A stretch of DNA of 64,000 nucleotides from the human T2T-CHM13v2.0 reference genome, Homo sapiens (GCF_009914755.1 NC_060939.1); one strand, 5' to 3'; positions 1 to 14,928 are shown, counted from the stretch's first letter. Translations and numbers: made by a program. The notes: a model not told the origin generated them from the sequence alone.

Positions 1-3000
1 CTCCGTACGTGCTTTGCTGCGGCTGGACAACTGGATGGTGAAGAGTGAGAAGTTTCAATCTGGAGAGCCTGGGCATTTCCACACAGTGCCCCTTAACAGG
101 GCTAGGGCTAGGCCCAATATACAACTCGGTCAGTAAAGATCAAGGCATTTCCCAGCCCGTGGTCTGGTTTTTAAAAGAACACAGTAAAGTTGGAACGGAC
201 AGGGAATGAGACTGAGTTTATAGCTGGCTAACAGAGGCCCAGAGAGATCAGATAATATTGCTGTTGTTATTATTGTCATTATTACCACTGTTTGAACCTT
301 TGTGGAATGCTTCACCAGGTACCGTGCTAACAATCCCATTTAATCCTCGCAACCACCATAGGAGACAGTTACTATGATTCCCTCTATTGTGGAGATGAAA
401 AAACATGGAGTATTTGAGGTTAAGTGCTTGCCTAAGTTCACTTAGGCAGAGCTGGGATATAAACACCCAGGTCTATCCAATTCTCTAAGCCCATTTTTCT
501 TGCTGGGGATGGGGGCACAGATAGGAAGGGGAAAATTAATCTTTTGTTCACTTTTTGAAAGGATGATACATTCACATAGTCCAAAACTCAGAAGGTACAG
601 AAGGGAAGTATCTCCCAGCCATCTTGTTCTCTCTCCTGAATTTTTTATGAACCCTTGCAGACATGTTTTATGTATATTATCACAGTATGTACACACACAC
701 ACACACACACACACACATGCACGCGTTTCCTCTTTCTACAGAAATGGTAACATACTAAAGGTACTCTTCTGTACCTTCACAGTACAAGTACCCAATACCC
801 CACCTAGGACTAGGACTTGCCCAAGACCACAGACAGGTAAGGGCGGGGCAGGCACTTGGCCTCCAAGCTCTGCGTCCAGTGCTCACTCCACACAGTGACC
901 CCCAACTCACCCACAGCAGCTGACTCAGCCCCAGGCTGCCACTAAAAACCATACAAAAAAGTAGCAAGAAATGGCCATGCTGCCTTCTGGGCAGGACACT
1001 CCATCCTGCAGAAGGGACCTTTAGGCTCACTCCTCCATCTGCAAAGCCAGGCTCCCAGGGGATGGGGCAGGTGGTTGGACTCACCTGGTTTGCCTTCTTC
1101 TTCTGTGTGGCCATGACATTAGAGAGAACACTCTCTAACTCTCCTTTACGCTGCAATGAATGTTGCAGGCGGACAGCCAGATCCTTGGACTTTTCTGTAA
1201 TGAGAGAGTTGAGATGGGGCCCAAAGGACTCCCCCTGAAGACCTGTCAAAGTGCCAGGTTGAAGGATGACAGGGTGCCCAGATTCCCACCTTCAAAGTAT
1301 CTGAGAGAACGTTTCATGTGGTACAGGTCCGTATTTAGTTCCTCTTTCTGTATGTTCAATGTCTGGATTTGAACCTTTGGGAGAAAAGCCAAGGAAGTGC
1401 TGAAAGAGAAGGAAAGAAACCTTCTCCGGAGGACAGGAGGAAACTGCACACCTTCCACTCACCTCTAGCACCCTTTTGGCTTTCTGTTTCTTGTTGTTTG
1501 CTTTCTTTTCCTGTAGGAAGAGGAAGACAGAGCTCTTACCAGGGGGAGGCAGAGATGGCACAGCAAGAGACATGCCCCCAGAATGCCACCAATGCCCCAG
1601 GACAGGCCCACCCATGGGACCAGGTTATCAGGGGCCCTGTGGGGATGGGGTGGAATCTGAAGGGTGAGCCTTCATCCCCAGGCTGGGAGTGGGTGAGACG
1701 AGACTGGGGCCTGTATGTCTGAGTGCCCCCCAAACCCAGCAGTCATGTTGCGAGGAAACGAAATCACGTTACTTCTTCCAGCTGATGTTCCACTTGTTTC
1801 TTCTGTTGTTTCTGTGGGGAGAGTCAAATAAGGTGATGGAGGGTGGCCCCCTCAACTCTATTCCCCAGACCAGGAAGCGGTAGGCAGGGGCCAGGAATGG
1901 ATTTTAAAGGCAAAGTTCTCAGACATAATGGGAACACGAACCGGTAAACTCTCCTCAAGCTCCCAAGGACAGAGGATTTGGGTCTTTGTTGGCTTTTGCC
2001 CACAGCCACAGAACTCAAAGTCTGAATCTGGAATCTCTTGAGAGGACAGCAATATAAACCTCTAGAGATGGAGTTTCAGAAAGGCCCCTCCTTCTGGCAG
2101 CTTGTGATTTAGAGAAGTGGGTTCATTCAATAAACATTTACTGAGCATGTATGGGCCAGGTACGGTTCTTTACAGCAGATATAGGATGGAAAAGGACAGA
2201 CAGGAGCCCTTAGCCCTGAGGTTTCCGTTCTAGGGGGCCTTTAAATCTCAGACTCGAGAGCTAACAGAGACCTTTGATACTCACTACCTCCTCTGGAAAC
2301 ACGAGCCCAAAAAGGAGAGGTGGCTTGTCCAGAATCAAAGAGCAAATTAGGGACTGAGTCATGGCAGAAATACGGGGCCCTTGACAACCAGTCAGGCTAG
2401 CACTTCCCCAAGAGGCAACAACCCCAGGGCGTGTGTAGCAAGGACTCGAGCAGGGGTGTCTGGAGAGGAGAGAGTCGGCAAAGAGGGCAGCAAAAGAAGA
2501 GCCATGCTGCATGCTCTGGGGTCCCTCCAGGTGAGGCCTGGGCACCCAAGCTCCCTATTTGTCCCAGGCACCAGGGACCCCCAGCCCCTTTCTTCAGGGC
2601 CCCAAGGGGAAACTGGAGCCCAGGATTGGCAGCGTGGAATCAGGGGACCCCAGTGGACTCTTACCAGAGATTTGATGGTGTTCTTCAGTTGACTGATTTC
2701 TACGGACCTTGAATCCAGGACTACTGCTCGTTCTTGGCACGGGCTCTGAGGTGCATGCAGAGAGGAGGAGGTGGAGCAGGAGTGGGGGGAGAGGTAGAGA
2801 GAACAATCATTAGGGCTGGGGTGTGTGGGCTGTCTCAGCTGGCAGAGGGGCACCCAGTCCCACCTGGAGGAGGAGGTTGGAGGGTTGACCCGAAGGGTCA
2901 CTGCACCTCCGCCCAGAGCCTCTTACCTCCAGATCTTTCAGGGTAGCAGATGATGTAGGGCCTTCCCTGTGGAAACCTGTTGCTGACTACAAGAGATGAG

Positions 3001-5718
3001 AGTGCACATGGAGATGTTCTGTCCCCCACAGTGTCTGAGCCCTCTGACTTCCTTTCTTCCCCATCAACTGGCAACATTTTCTTTTCTGCCTATCTTGGAC
3101 CTTTTGTCCCATAACTCCTTTGTGCCAACTTCTCTCATGGTTCTTATCTCCCCACCATCCCATCCTGGGGCCCCTTCAGTGACTCCTGATGGCAAGTGGC
3201 TGTTCTCATTGTCCTGGTTTCCCCCTGAGACTGGGGATGAGGAAAATCAAACCATATCCTGGGTGTCCTGAGTGTTTACAGCAGGCCATGTACTAGGGAT
3301 TAACATAAAAACAACAATAACAAATCTCATTTAAACTTCACAAATGGAAGTGAAACAATAACACCTCTATTATACAGATGTGAAAAGAGAGGCCCGATGA
3401 GGTCTAGCAACTTGCCCTAAATCATATCCCTAGCAGAGCAGATGGAGAGGCAGGATTCAAACCCAGAATTCCTTTTTTTTTTTTTTTCTTTGAGACAGAG
3501 TCTTGCTCTGTCACCAGGCTGGAGTGCAGTGGCATAATCTTGGCTACTGCAAGCTCCACCTCCCAGGTTCACACCATTCTCTTGCCTCAGCCTTCTGAGT
3601 AGCTGGGACTACAGGCACACGCCACCACGCTTGGCTAATGTTTTGTATTTTTAGTAGAGACAGGGTTTCACCGTGTTAACCAGGATGGTCTCGATCTCCT
3701 GACCTCATGATCCGCCTGCCTTGGCCTCCCAAAGTGCTAGGATTACAGGCGTGGGCCACCACACCCGGCTAAAGCCAGAATTCTTAACCAGTACCCAGCA
3801 GTCCATCCACAATCTTAAGAATTACCCTCTATTGCCCCTTGGGCCCCCTGTCCCCAGAAGCCTGGTCAGCCAAGACTCACATCCCTAGGTGGCTGGCAAC
3901 CACCAGAAGTGGCTTTCTCAGGGATACTGCCATTTGTTTTCCTGTTCCTGTTCGCTCCTGCTGGAACTCTAGGGCTGTTTTTCTGCCAATATTCTTTTAA
4001 CTGTTGGAAAGAAGAGCAGTAATACTCATGAGAACCATCAGCCCCTACAGCCACATCCTCCTTTACAGTTTTTACAAAATACACTTACACACCATCTGAT
4101 TTAATGACACCAACAACTGTACAAGGTGTTGTCACACTCATTTAGTGACTGAGAAGGATTGATATCATGGCTAGAAAAAAAAAAAGAAAAAGGCAATACT
4201 GGAACTTTGAAACTCAGTCTTCTGACTCCAAGCTCTGAGGTTTTGCCAAGAATCAGCAGCTGCCAGGGACCAAAACCAGAGGCAGAGGTAGAAAAGTAAA
4301 CATTAAGTAGGCAGGAACTGTATGCCATGTGGTTTAGAGTCATACATCCTCACACGTCTGTTAGTGTGAAGAAGTGCACCAGTACCTCTCAAACTCTTAT
4401 ATCAATGTGTCCTCATGGCAGAAGGCAGCCTTTCTCTTAAATCAGAATTTATCAGAAAGAGGACAACCCAAGCCTCATTTCAGAGAGAGGTCTGGTATAC
4501 TCTTAGAAACCTATGTGACTGTCATCCCTAAGTACATTCATGTTTTTTCTCTTGATCTCAAGAGAATCAAGGGAAACTGATGCTTCAGAAAGATGTCCCA
4601 CATTTATCCTGTGGCACTCAAAGTACCCAAGGTTGAGATAATATGAGGAAGATTCAAGGTGTCAAGTTCAGTTTCCCAAGATCTATTCCACAGAAGATGA
4701 GCAAATGTCACTTCAGAGACCACTGACTGAAGGAGAGTCTGGTCCCAGAACCATGGAGAATTAGAATATGAGGTGGAGAACTCAGAAAAAAATGTTAAAA
4801 TCTCTCTGGAAAGTAGAAGCCTGGGAGAAAACCAAACCAAACCCATTCTCTCATTGCCACCCAGAGATACTGTCAACGTTTTGAGTTCATGGGGGAAGTG
4901 TAGGCTTTTCCCACCGTCAACATCTGTAAGGGAGTGAGGCAGCCTGGAACCTCTTGCTCCTAGGTCCCATAGTCTCCATTCCCCTTCCAGCTGGAAATCT
5001 GTGCTGTGACCAGAGGAACCAGAAACGGGGTAAGAACGCTTAGGGGACTGGGTCGTAAGATCAAAGGCCAGTCTTGCAGTAACAGCAGTTACTAGGTGGA
5101 CTGTGACATCACAACATTCCACTCCTCCTGGTCGGGGGGAGGGACCATGTCAGCACCATGTCCAAGTCGCTGCTCCACGATGGGGGAGGGAAGCACAGGG
5201 TTGGGACCCAGCTCCTTGGAGACGCCAGCACAAAGAACCCAGGGAGGTCGACCTTGAGGCAGCAGGAGGGGAGGGCACAGTCTGCAGCAGGGAGTCCCAG
5301 GAGTCACCAGTCCAAAGTCACCCAGGGATGACTGGCGAGGGTGGGGCCTGGCTCCTTGGAGATGAGAGCCCAAAGAGCCCAGGGAGATCAAGCTTGGGGC
5401 GGCAGGAGATGAGGGCCCAGTAATGGAGCGGGAAGCCCCAGGACTCACCCACCCAAAGTCACCCTGGGGTGATTGGCGAGGGCAAGGACTGGGCTGCTTG
5501 CTGAAGGGGTGGGGCTGACTGACAAAACTTTGGTGGGGGTAGCCCAGAGGCACCGGGGTAGGGGGGACCAGTCCAGTGTGCCTCAGGAGTCGTATAGACT
5601 CTGGCAGGGGTCTTGTCATCAGAGGGGATCTGTGGCTGGGTTGAGGGGCTATGACCTAGTGCGTTTTTACCTTTTTCTTGGCTGCAGCCAATTTGTTGTG
5701 TTGAGTTTCTTCTGCCAT
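1..5718 (-). CDS. GOLGA8K: GOLGA8 golgin, copy 1: coding exons 1-8 and start of exon 9 (continues beyond window start)
   Basis: Exons with GT-AG sites: 5671-5718 ([16 protein letters not shown]), 3881-4000 ([15 protein letters not shown]...PPRD), 2927-2986, 2665-2745, 1773-1811, 1463-1510, 1290-1374, 1085-1194, 1-30. Frame is continuous. Family is secure; paralog letter inferred from residues ([16 protein letters not shown]) and layout. Confidence 0.85.
691..717. repeat. (CA)n microsatellite (longer paralog at 53056-53090); other CA runs at about 42550-42583 and 63231-63275
   Basis: Directly visible. Confidence 0.9.
3473..3770 (-). mobile_element. Alu (GOLGA8 intron 2; paralog at 55838-56130)
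   Basis: Alu consensus with poly-T. Confidence 0.9.
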
Positions 5719-5854
5719 CGCAGGGTGGGGAGGGAGGCAGGGTTGGGGTCACAGCAGCAAAATCTCAATGAGAACCGATCAAGGCCTCCAGTCACCTACC
5801 AGGCAGCTGTGTGACTGAGCCAGAGGAGGCGTAACCAGGGCCCCAGTAGAATGC

Positions 5855-5930
5855 GGAATAGGGGCGTGGCCTTAATGCTCCAAGCCCATTGGTCAATGAG
5901 AAAGATGAAAAGGAAAGGGGGCGTGGCCAG
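5855..5930 (-). promoter_or_regulatory. GOLGA8 copy 1 proximal promoter (two GC boxes, CCAAT box)
   Basis: GGGGCGTGGCC at 5861-5871 and 5918-5928, ATTGG at 5888-5892, about 140-210 bp upstream of the ATG; conserved in copy 2. Confidence 0.55.
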
Positions 5931-6454
5931 AAAGCAGTGTGTCCAGAGGGACCTGTGGCTCACAAGGAAAGCTGCCCATGGCAACCGCTCTCCCCACCCA
6001 CTCTAAGAGAGGGGAGAGGCCTCCCACTCTGGAAGAGAAGAGGGGCCGGCTTTTGCTTTAAAAGCTTTAAAACTTTAAAAAATATATGTGTGTATACTTT
6101 ATATATATGTGTGTCCGTGTGTGTGTATCTATGTTTTTCTCCATAGCTGTCTTCATTATCCAGCTTCTATGCAAGGTCTATGATTTTGGCCTATATTCTT
6201 CATCTTTGATTACAGTACAAAAATTACCAGTATTACCTTAACTGAGATACAGATCCTATAAAAATGGAAAATGCATAGCATGCTTGATGATTAATGAAGC
6301 AGACTATATTATCCAACATTCTAATAAGATAAAATAATCACAATGATTTCTCTTTTTTGGAAAAATGTTTCTTTTATTCTCCTACGTTTTCATTAAGATT
6401 TTTTTTTCTTAAACAAGAAACATGTCTAATATCTGTAAAAACACAAAGCTTTTG

Positions 6455-6775
<321 letters not shown>

Positions 6776-7162
6776 TTAATAGTAAGAGCAATGTGAACAA
6801 AAGTTGTAATAAAATAATTTAGAAAATACAAACTATTAAAAAATAGATTTTAAAACTTGTGCAACAAAGTCAAACAGCACCCAACGAAAATGTATACCCT
6901 TACATGTTTGTTTAAAAAGCAATTTAAATTACATTGATCCACTAAACTGGGAAAAGCAAAACAAACAAAAAGGGGGAAATAATTAAGACATAAGGAAAAA
7001 GGAAAAAGAAAAACCACTAGATTTAAAAAATAAAACTGAAGGAGGATTCTTTCAAAAGACTGAGATAATAAAACAGTCAAGCCTCTGATAAGTAATCAAG
7101 ATAAAGAAAACTTTGAAGAGAAAAGGGCATATAGCCACATGTGAATATGATGCAAAAAGTGA

Positions 7163-7518
<356 letters not shown>

Positions 7519-7939
7519 AAAGTGTTCATTTTTTTTTTTTTAAGAACCTACAGTTATGAAAACTAACTGGAAAGAAATGGGTTTTGGGAAAGATTGAGTA
7601 CATTTTTGTGATGTTCAACATTATTTTTTCTTACAGTTTTAAAAACACAATTGATATTTCTATCAATTTGACTTAAAAAAATTAAGAACTATATTAAAAT
7701 TTACCAGCAGAGGGGAGTGAAGGAACACAAAGCAACTTTCAGTTTAGGGTAATTTTTGGGCATAAACAGGGCAGCAATGTCCTCAACTCTATTCTTCTTT
7801 ATTAGCCAGTGAATCCATGTGAGCTCATTAAATGTTATTAACAGCTCAGTCTATAATGGAGGGCAAATAAAGAGACTTGTAGGTCACAAAGGTATTGACT
7901 TTTGATCAGAAGTTCCAGGGGGCGAGAAGAATGAACTAA

Positions 7940-8262
<323 letters not shown>

Positions 8263-8589
8263 CCATGCATTCTTATGGCCACATTTTTCCAGTTTGAAGT
8301 TTTATTTTCTGAGTTTCTTGAAACAATTGTGAAATCAGTTTTATTACACTAAAATCACTGTATTTTCTTATTTTTGGATATCTATTTAAAAATATTCATT
8401 TAGAATGACATTCCAGTGAAATACATTTTTAACGGCTGTTCTATGTCACAGGGATAACAATTTGACTTTCACAAACTGTATTTCAGACGTACAAGGTCTT
8501 CATTTTGATGAAGAGGGGCTGTGGGAACGTAATCTGATGCCTGTTCAAAATGTACCAGAAGTGCACGCATGTGTATGCAGGCATGAGCG

Positions 8590-8735
8590 CACACACACAC
8601 ACACACAAAACCCCATTGGGATTCCATTTAGCACACACACACACACACACACACACAAACCCCACTGGGATTCCAGTTAGCACGCACACACACACACACA
8701 GACACACACACACAGCCCATTGGGATTCCAGTTAT
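8590..8735. repeat. Compound (CA)n + CCCAYTGGGATTCCA minisatellite, 3 units
   Basis: Directly visible. Confidence 0.85.
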
Positions 8736-9111
8736 TTACCTCGAGATGGATGCTTGCTGATGTTCCAAAACCTCTTTAGGTCTTAAGGCAAAGGGCCTTT
8801 TGAATGCAAAAACCCTTACCTAGATGGAATAGACAGCAGCAATCATTGTCAACAACCTGAAATATATATTGAGTAGTTCCCATGCTAGACATTAGAGACA
8901 TAAAGATGCAGAAGAGGCCATCGCCTTAAGGGAAATAATCCCGTTCAGACAAATGAGAATACATTGTGTAATGAGCTATCTCTTATAGAAAAGATGAAGA
9001 CCAATCACCAACAGACCAGAATTCCAATATTTCACCAACTTGTAATATTATTCCAACTTCTCCTTCACATTCACTTAATTCTCATAGAGCAGTAACCAGA
9101 GTTTTGTGTTC

Positions 9112-9345
9112 TTTTTCTTTTTCTCTTCTTCTTCTTTTTTTTAAAAAACAAAGTCTTGCTTTGTCGCCCAGGGTGAAGTGCAGTTGTGCGATCTCGACTC
9201 ACTGCAGCCTCCACCTTTTGGGTTCAAGAGATTCTCATGCCTGAGCCTCTTGAGTAGCTGGGATTACAAGCATCTGCTACCATGCATGGCTAATTTTTGT
9301 CTTTTTAGTAGAGACAGGGGGTTTTATCACATTGGTCAGGCTGGT
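9112..9345 (-). mobile_element. Alu, partial
   Basis: Right arm plus part of left arm. Confidence 0.85.
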
Positions 9346-9879
9346 CAGTTTTGTGTTCTTACTAGAGAGTTCTACTCTGTTATGTCAGAGAAGGAAAATG
9401 TCTTTTGATTTCATTTCAATGAAATGTCTATTCATTAATTACATCTTCATTGGCATTTCATACAGGATTAAGACTATCTTCTTTGCCTTAATGGTATACT
9501 GTGTGCATTGTTCCTTACCCATCGTAGCAGCTTTGAAGGTCTTTTATCCATATTGGTATTTTCCAGTACCAGAAAACCAAGTCTTGAAAGAAGGACTTCA
9601 TGTCTTATCCATGGACACGCCATGGTTCCAGAATGTGTTGTCAGTTGATAAGATAGGCTTGATTTGTTACTGGTCTTAATGAGGGCTTTAGGTCAGCACA
9701 CCAGGCAATGTAGGAGTTCTGGGACTGTTAGGGAAGGCCTGATGGAGAAAATGGAATGTTAGCTGGGCTTTAAAGAGAAAGTAGAAATTAGATCACTGGG
9801 GGAGGGGGTAATGTAAAAAACATTCCAGGTAAGAGAAAGTGCTTAGCAAGTAAGAAAGCATCCAAAATATTAGAAAGTA

Positions 9880-10205
9880 CCAGGCTGGTGCAGTGGCTCA
9901 CACCTGTAATCCCAGCACTTTGGGAGGCCAAGGCAAGTGGATCACTTGAAGCCAGGTGTTCAAGACCAGCCTGGCCAATATAGTGAAACCCTGTCTCTAC
10001 TAAAAATACAAAAGTTAGCGGGGCATGGTGGCATGAACCTGCAGTCCCAGCTACTTGTGGGGCTGGGGCTGAGGCTGAGAATCTCTTGAACCTGGGAAAC
10101 AGAGGTTGCAGTGAGCCGAGATCACACCACTGCACTACAGCCTGGGCAACAGAGCGAGACTCTGTCTCAAAAAATAAATGAATAAATAAGTAAAATAAAA
10201 AATAA
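9880..10205 (+). mobile_element. AluS
   Basis: Alu consensus; no clear TSD. Confidence 0.9.
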
Positions 10206-11399
10206 AATGCTTACAGGAACTTCAACCACAATTTTTCTTGTTCACTGATAGTAAATCTAATAGAGAATTCAGGATTTATCTTACACTTGAAATTTTGTTA
10301 CTGATTACTGAAAAATTATCTACAAGCACCCAATTGTGAGTTTTACAGAAACCTGGTCTCAGGAGTTATGAACCAAAGATTCACCAGTGGACTCTGCAGA
10401 GTTTTCAGATCCCCTGAAATCATGTGCTAGGTGCTGACTGCATTTTTCTGGAGAGGCTATAATGGTTTTCATTCATCTGATTCCTCTCAAATGGTAAAAA
10501 TCACCAATGGAATGGAGCCACACATCCTGTAGCAGAAACTTCTAAAAAACCAGGAAAAAGATGAAACATGGTACCATGTACCTGCTCAGCCTCTACAGAT
10601 CCTGCTTCCGGAAGTTGAAACAAATTCTTAAAACTTGCACAACTTTTTTTCTAGTGCTTGAATGACCTCTAGTGGCTCCTTAAATTATCACAGCCAATTG
10701 CTCACAGCAGGAAATAGGTTGATGTAAAAGAAATTCACAGATTTTGCCATTAAAAGTAACGAACTAAAGAACTAAAAGGTGTGGAGAAATAATAAAATTA
10801 AGATGGCATCACAAAGGAGCACGTGGCTCAATTTCAAGTTATTATATAAGCTCCCTACTATCCAACCAAATGTAGTTCACAATACAGTGTGTGTAATTCA
10901 AAACAGTTCACCAGATAGTTCAGTACACACCATTTTTTAAATGAAATAAGTATGATTTTCCCTAAGGTCTTGCATTTCAAATTAATAAAGCATCAGCAAA
11001 CACCCATGAAGAGAACAGTACCGGAATCAAAGATACAAGAACCTCGGGAATTAACACCCACCCTTTCCTCTCAGTTGAGGCAGGACCAGGAATACAACGT
11101 TGACAAAGTATAACTGGAGTAGCAGAAATACTTTGAGAATACAAACTGGCCACAGAACTCAACCTGAGTGAGCACAAGTAACAAATATGGTCCAGGAACT
11201 GCTGGGCCAAACTCTCCAAGTGGGAGTGCAGCAGCCGCAACAGCAAGTACCAGTAGAACAAGGGCAGCACATCACCCAGGGTGACAAGCAGGTCCCAGAT
11301 TACTTCACATGCCCTCTGCCCAGTCCCTTGAGAATTCCTGCAGCAGCAAAACATACCATCTTCCAGGCACTGCTACAGGGAGTCCCAAGCATACTGATA

Positions 11400-11600
11400 C
11401 ACTTTCATTCACTTATTTCAAAATATTTGTCAGTATCTAGATATACACAAGACACTGTCTAGGCACGGGGGTGGAGTGTTGAACAAGACAATTCACAATC
11501 CCTGTTCCAATGGAGCTTGTAGTCTAGTATGGAAAGAGAAATAAATACATAAAATGCCAGGTGGTGATATATGCTGTGAAAAAGATCAAGTAGAACAAGG
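11400..11600. mobile_element. L2 3' fragment
   Basis: TTCATTCACTTATT...TGAACAAGACA...GGAGCTTGTAGTCTAG pattern. Confidence 0.6.
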
Positions 11601-13102
11601 GGTTTGGAAATTACAGGGTGCCCATAGTATTCTTTTCTATAAGTTGATCATCTCAATTCAGACTAGCTGTTCTTCAAGCACTCAATAGCCACAGTGGCTG
11701 GTGGCTACTATACTGGATAGTGGAACACATCTGAAACTATCATCCATGCCTTTTTAATTCACAATCTTTATCCTCTTTCTTTCTGAATCCTAAGAGAATT
11801 CATCCAACTGATCTTCAAATTCACTAACTCAGCTTCCTAAAGTATCCATAATCTACTGCAACTACTGAATCATTTAATTCAACAGTCATATTTTACATAT
11901 TCAGAGGCTCTTTCTTCACAGCTTCTGAGCAACAAATGCCTGCTCTGACGATGCATGAATATCCTCTAAAATCTTGGGACTTTGTCTTGGACTTTATGTT
12001 CTCTCCCATCTTCTACAGCTACTCCATCTCACTGGAGACCTTTTGCTCTGAGCCATCAGAAGGAACCCCCATTTTTAAGATCCTAAGCCTTCTCATCTTC
12101 CTGGTAATACTGCCCTATATGCTCAATCTTTTAGATAAAAATCTACTCGACACATCTCTGAGAACCAAGTTGGGTACCATCAGTAATCACACAGGTCACA
12201 ATTCATTTATTTTAGGCCCCCCAAAAAAGGAAAAAATTAGACTTAGTGGCATTTTACTAGTAGCTCAGAGATCCAACAGTTTGCAGGAAATAGAGATGTA
12301 ATTGTAAGCAAGGGAAATACAGTGAAATTATATTAATCTCCACCCAGACACTGTAAGGCCAGCTGGTATACTATCCCAGCAATTGGCTACTGCAGTGAAT
12401 GGCACAGAGAGAAAAGTTTCCAATTCCTCTTGAGGCTCCAAATACCAATTGGCTACTATAGTGGACAACACAGACATAGAAAGTTTTCCAATTCCTCTTA
12501 AAGCCCCAAATACCACACAACCAGCTTCAGCTCTACAAAATCCTCTCTCCCTTACCCTTTTTAACCTCCTTCAGGACCTCTTGCTATTTCCCCTAAAAAG
12601 CCTTGGTTCTTTTCACCTACACTGACTCTTGAGCCTCTCCCAGTTCAAGGTATAACACTCTATTACCAATAAAGTGTAATATACATTAACAGAATAGGTA
12701 GAAAGTAATCTTTCATACGAAAACACTAAAAGCCAGAAGAATTTGAATTTTGAATTATAAGCTATGATTTAATTAGGAAATACATTAGCTGTAACAAAAT
12801 GTTGGACAGACTACAAGAAAACGGGAAATGAACAAGTCTTATTCAAAAACAAATGAAATAATGATGAGTAGGGTTCACGAGCCTTGTTAACTCTGCTGTG
12901 CCATTTTAATGATGGACTACATTGTAAATGAGCTGCTATGTTTAAGCCTAAAGGTCTGTTGAGGTGATAAGTTTTTGAACAATTTCCACAATCCCACAAA
13001 GAAAAGTCAAGTGAAGGTCAAGGAAAGCCGCATGTTCTAAATTACAGAATCAACAACAGTATTTCTTGTCATTCATCACATTTCAGTCATAAAAGACATT
13101 AC

Positions 13103-13181
13103 CTCAACAACAGGTGTATTTTCCTGGAGATCAGTTTTGTGCGAAGCCAGTAAACCAATCACCCGAGCAACCTTGGCCCAT
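13103..13181 (-). pseudogene. ULK4-derived exon E (79 nt)
   Basis: tttacag|ATGGGCC...GTTGAG|gtaatg; reads WAKVARVIGLLASHKTDLQENTPVVE, resembling ULK4 RAKVAHVIGLLASHTAELQENTPVVE. Confidence 0.9.
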
Positions 13182-14928
13182 CTGTAAACGGAGAGAAAAC
13201 AGGCTCTGAAGAGAAGAGTCAGGGACTGAGGAAACTAACCCCAGCTAGTTACATTATGCAATGATGAGCATTAGATATAAGACTGTGAAATAAAAATTGA
13301 ATGTGACAGGTCAGGCCCACACTCCCCCATGTACACAGCCCAGAGAAACTCTCCCTCGTATACACAGGGAGACATGAACTGTAATGTCTGCTGTAATTCT
13401 GCAACAGCAACAAAATTTAAACAAGTTATGGTGTAATAGTAAAAGGAAAAACAAAATTTGTTAAAAGCCTTAACCAGAGAAAAGAGCAACACAGTAATTA
13501 ATCATTTTATTGCTGAGTACAGAGGCATTTGGCTAAAGGTCTCTTTTCTACTTGTTAGTAGATCAGTGAGTTTCTACGTAAGTGCTAAATATCTGAACAA
13601 TAACATATCTGTATGTATTCATTTTAAAAGAAATTTTTACAATCAAAAGTTTCTAAAATATTGTACTATTTCCATAATCACTAGTCTTAATGAGGTGTGC
13701 CTTTAGTATCCAGCAGAAAACTGAATTTGATAAATCACAATTAATAAATCACATTCAGTGTGATTTGAAAAGGTATTTCATGCAGAAAAATTAGTTTTGA
13801 TGAGAATTTTTTCTAATTGAAACAAATGGTGAGTTGATGAGAACTGCACTCATTGAGTGATGTCTGCATGTTGTCTGGAATAATCAATATGTACCTTAGT
13901 CAGCTTTTATTTTTTACCTTCTTAAAATAAACCTATGTGGCACCCATGGAGGAAAACAAATCAGACTCAGAGAAGTACTTCAGGGAAAATGTCTGCGTTA
14001 TCACAACTCTAACATACAGAAATAATTCTTAGAAATTTCAACACTTATTAAATTGCCCATTAAAATTTCTTAACATATACAAATTAAAGAAGACCTAGGC
14101 AATTGTAGAACTAGCATCCTACCTCTGAATAAAAAGATTATAGTTTAAAAGTAATCATTTTGAAAAATATCTGTAGGATAATTGGAAAAGCCATCCTCCC
14201 ACCACAACCCCCCAAGTAGCTGGGACTACAGGCGTGCACCACCACGCTCAGCTAATTTTTTTACTTTTTGTAGAGATGGGGTCTCGCTATGATGCCCAGG
14301 CTGGCCTTGAGCTCCTGACAAACAATCCTCCCATCTCAGCCTCCCAAACTGCTGCGATTACAGGTCTGAGCCACTGCACCTGCCTGTCTATCTCTTTTCA
14401 AAGACAAGCTCAAAATACTTTTGAAACACTGAACCATTTTTCAATCTATAAAAGTAAATAATGGCTACCAGATTTAATCAATGGAAATAAAAATGTATCA
14501 ACAAGCCAATTATTTTCCCTAATATGACCAAAACAATTCCTATTAGAACAAAAGAAAACACACTACCTAAAAACCCTATACTTTTAAAATAGAAACTTTA
14601 AATAGCTTATGAATAGTCACTTTTTACCAAAATCCTAAATACAAGTACCACATGCCCCATAGACAACACCCTCACAGTACAGGTTCCTTCTCAAAATTCA
14701 GGTTTTCTCAGGTCACCACTCCAGGTGCCCCCAGTGACTTGACACTGTACCTCAGAACCAACCCATCTCCATGACAGCATCTAAGGCACCACTGTCTACC
14801 AAACCTTCGTGCACTGACAAATGTCCCACATCTGCACTGTTCAATCCAGTATCCACTAGACACATGACTATCAAGCACATAATATATGACACATGCAAGT
14901 GAGGAACAACAAATTTTATTCAAATTAA

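Noticed and set aside
8590-8735. Repeat-spacer pattern resembling a CRISPR array or NF-kB cluster
   Set aside because: Spacers are CA microsatellite, the DNA is primate, and GGGATTCCA does not match the full kB consensus.
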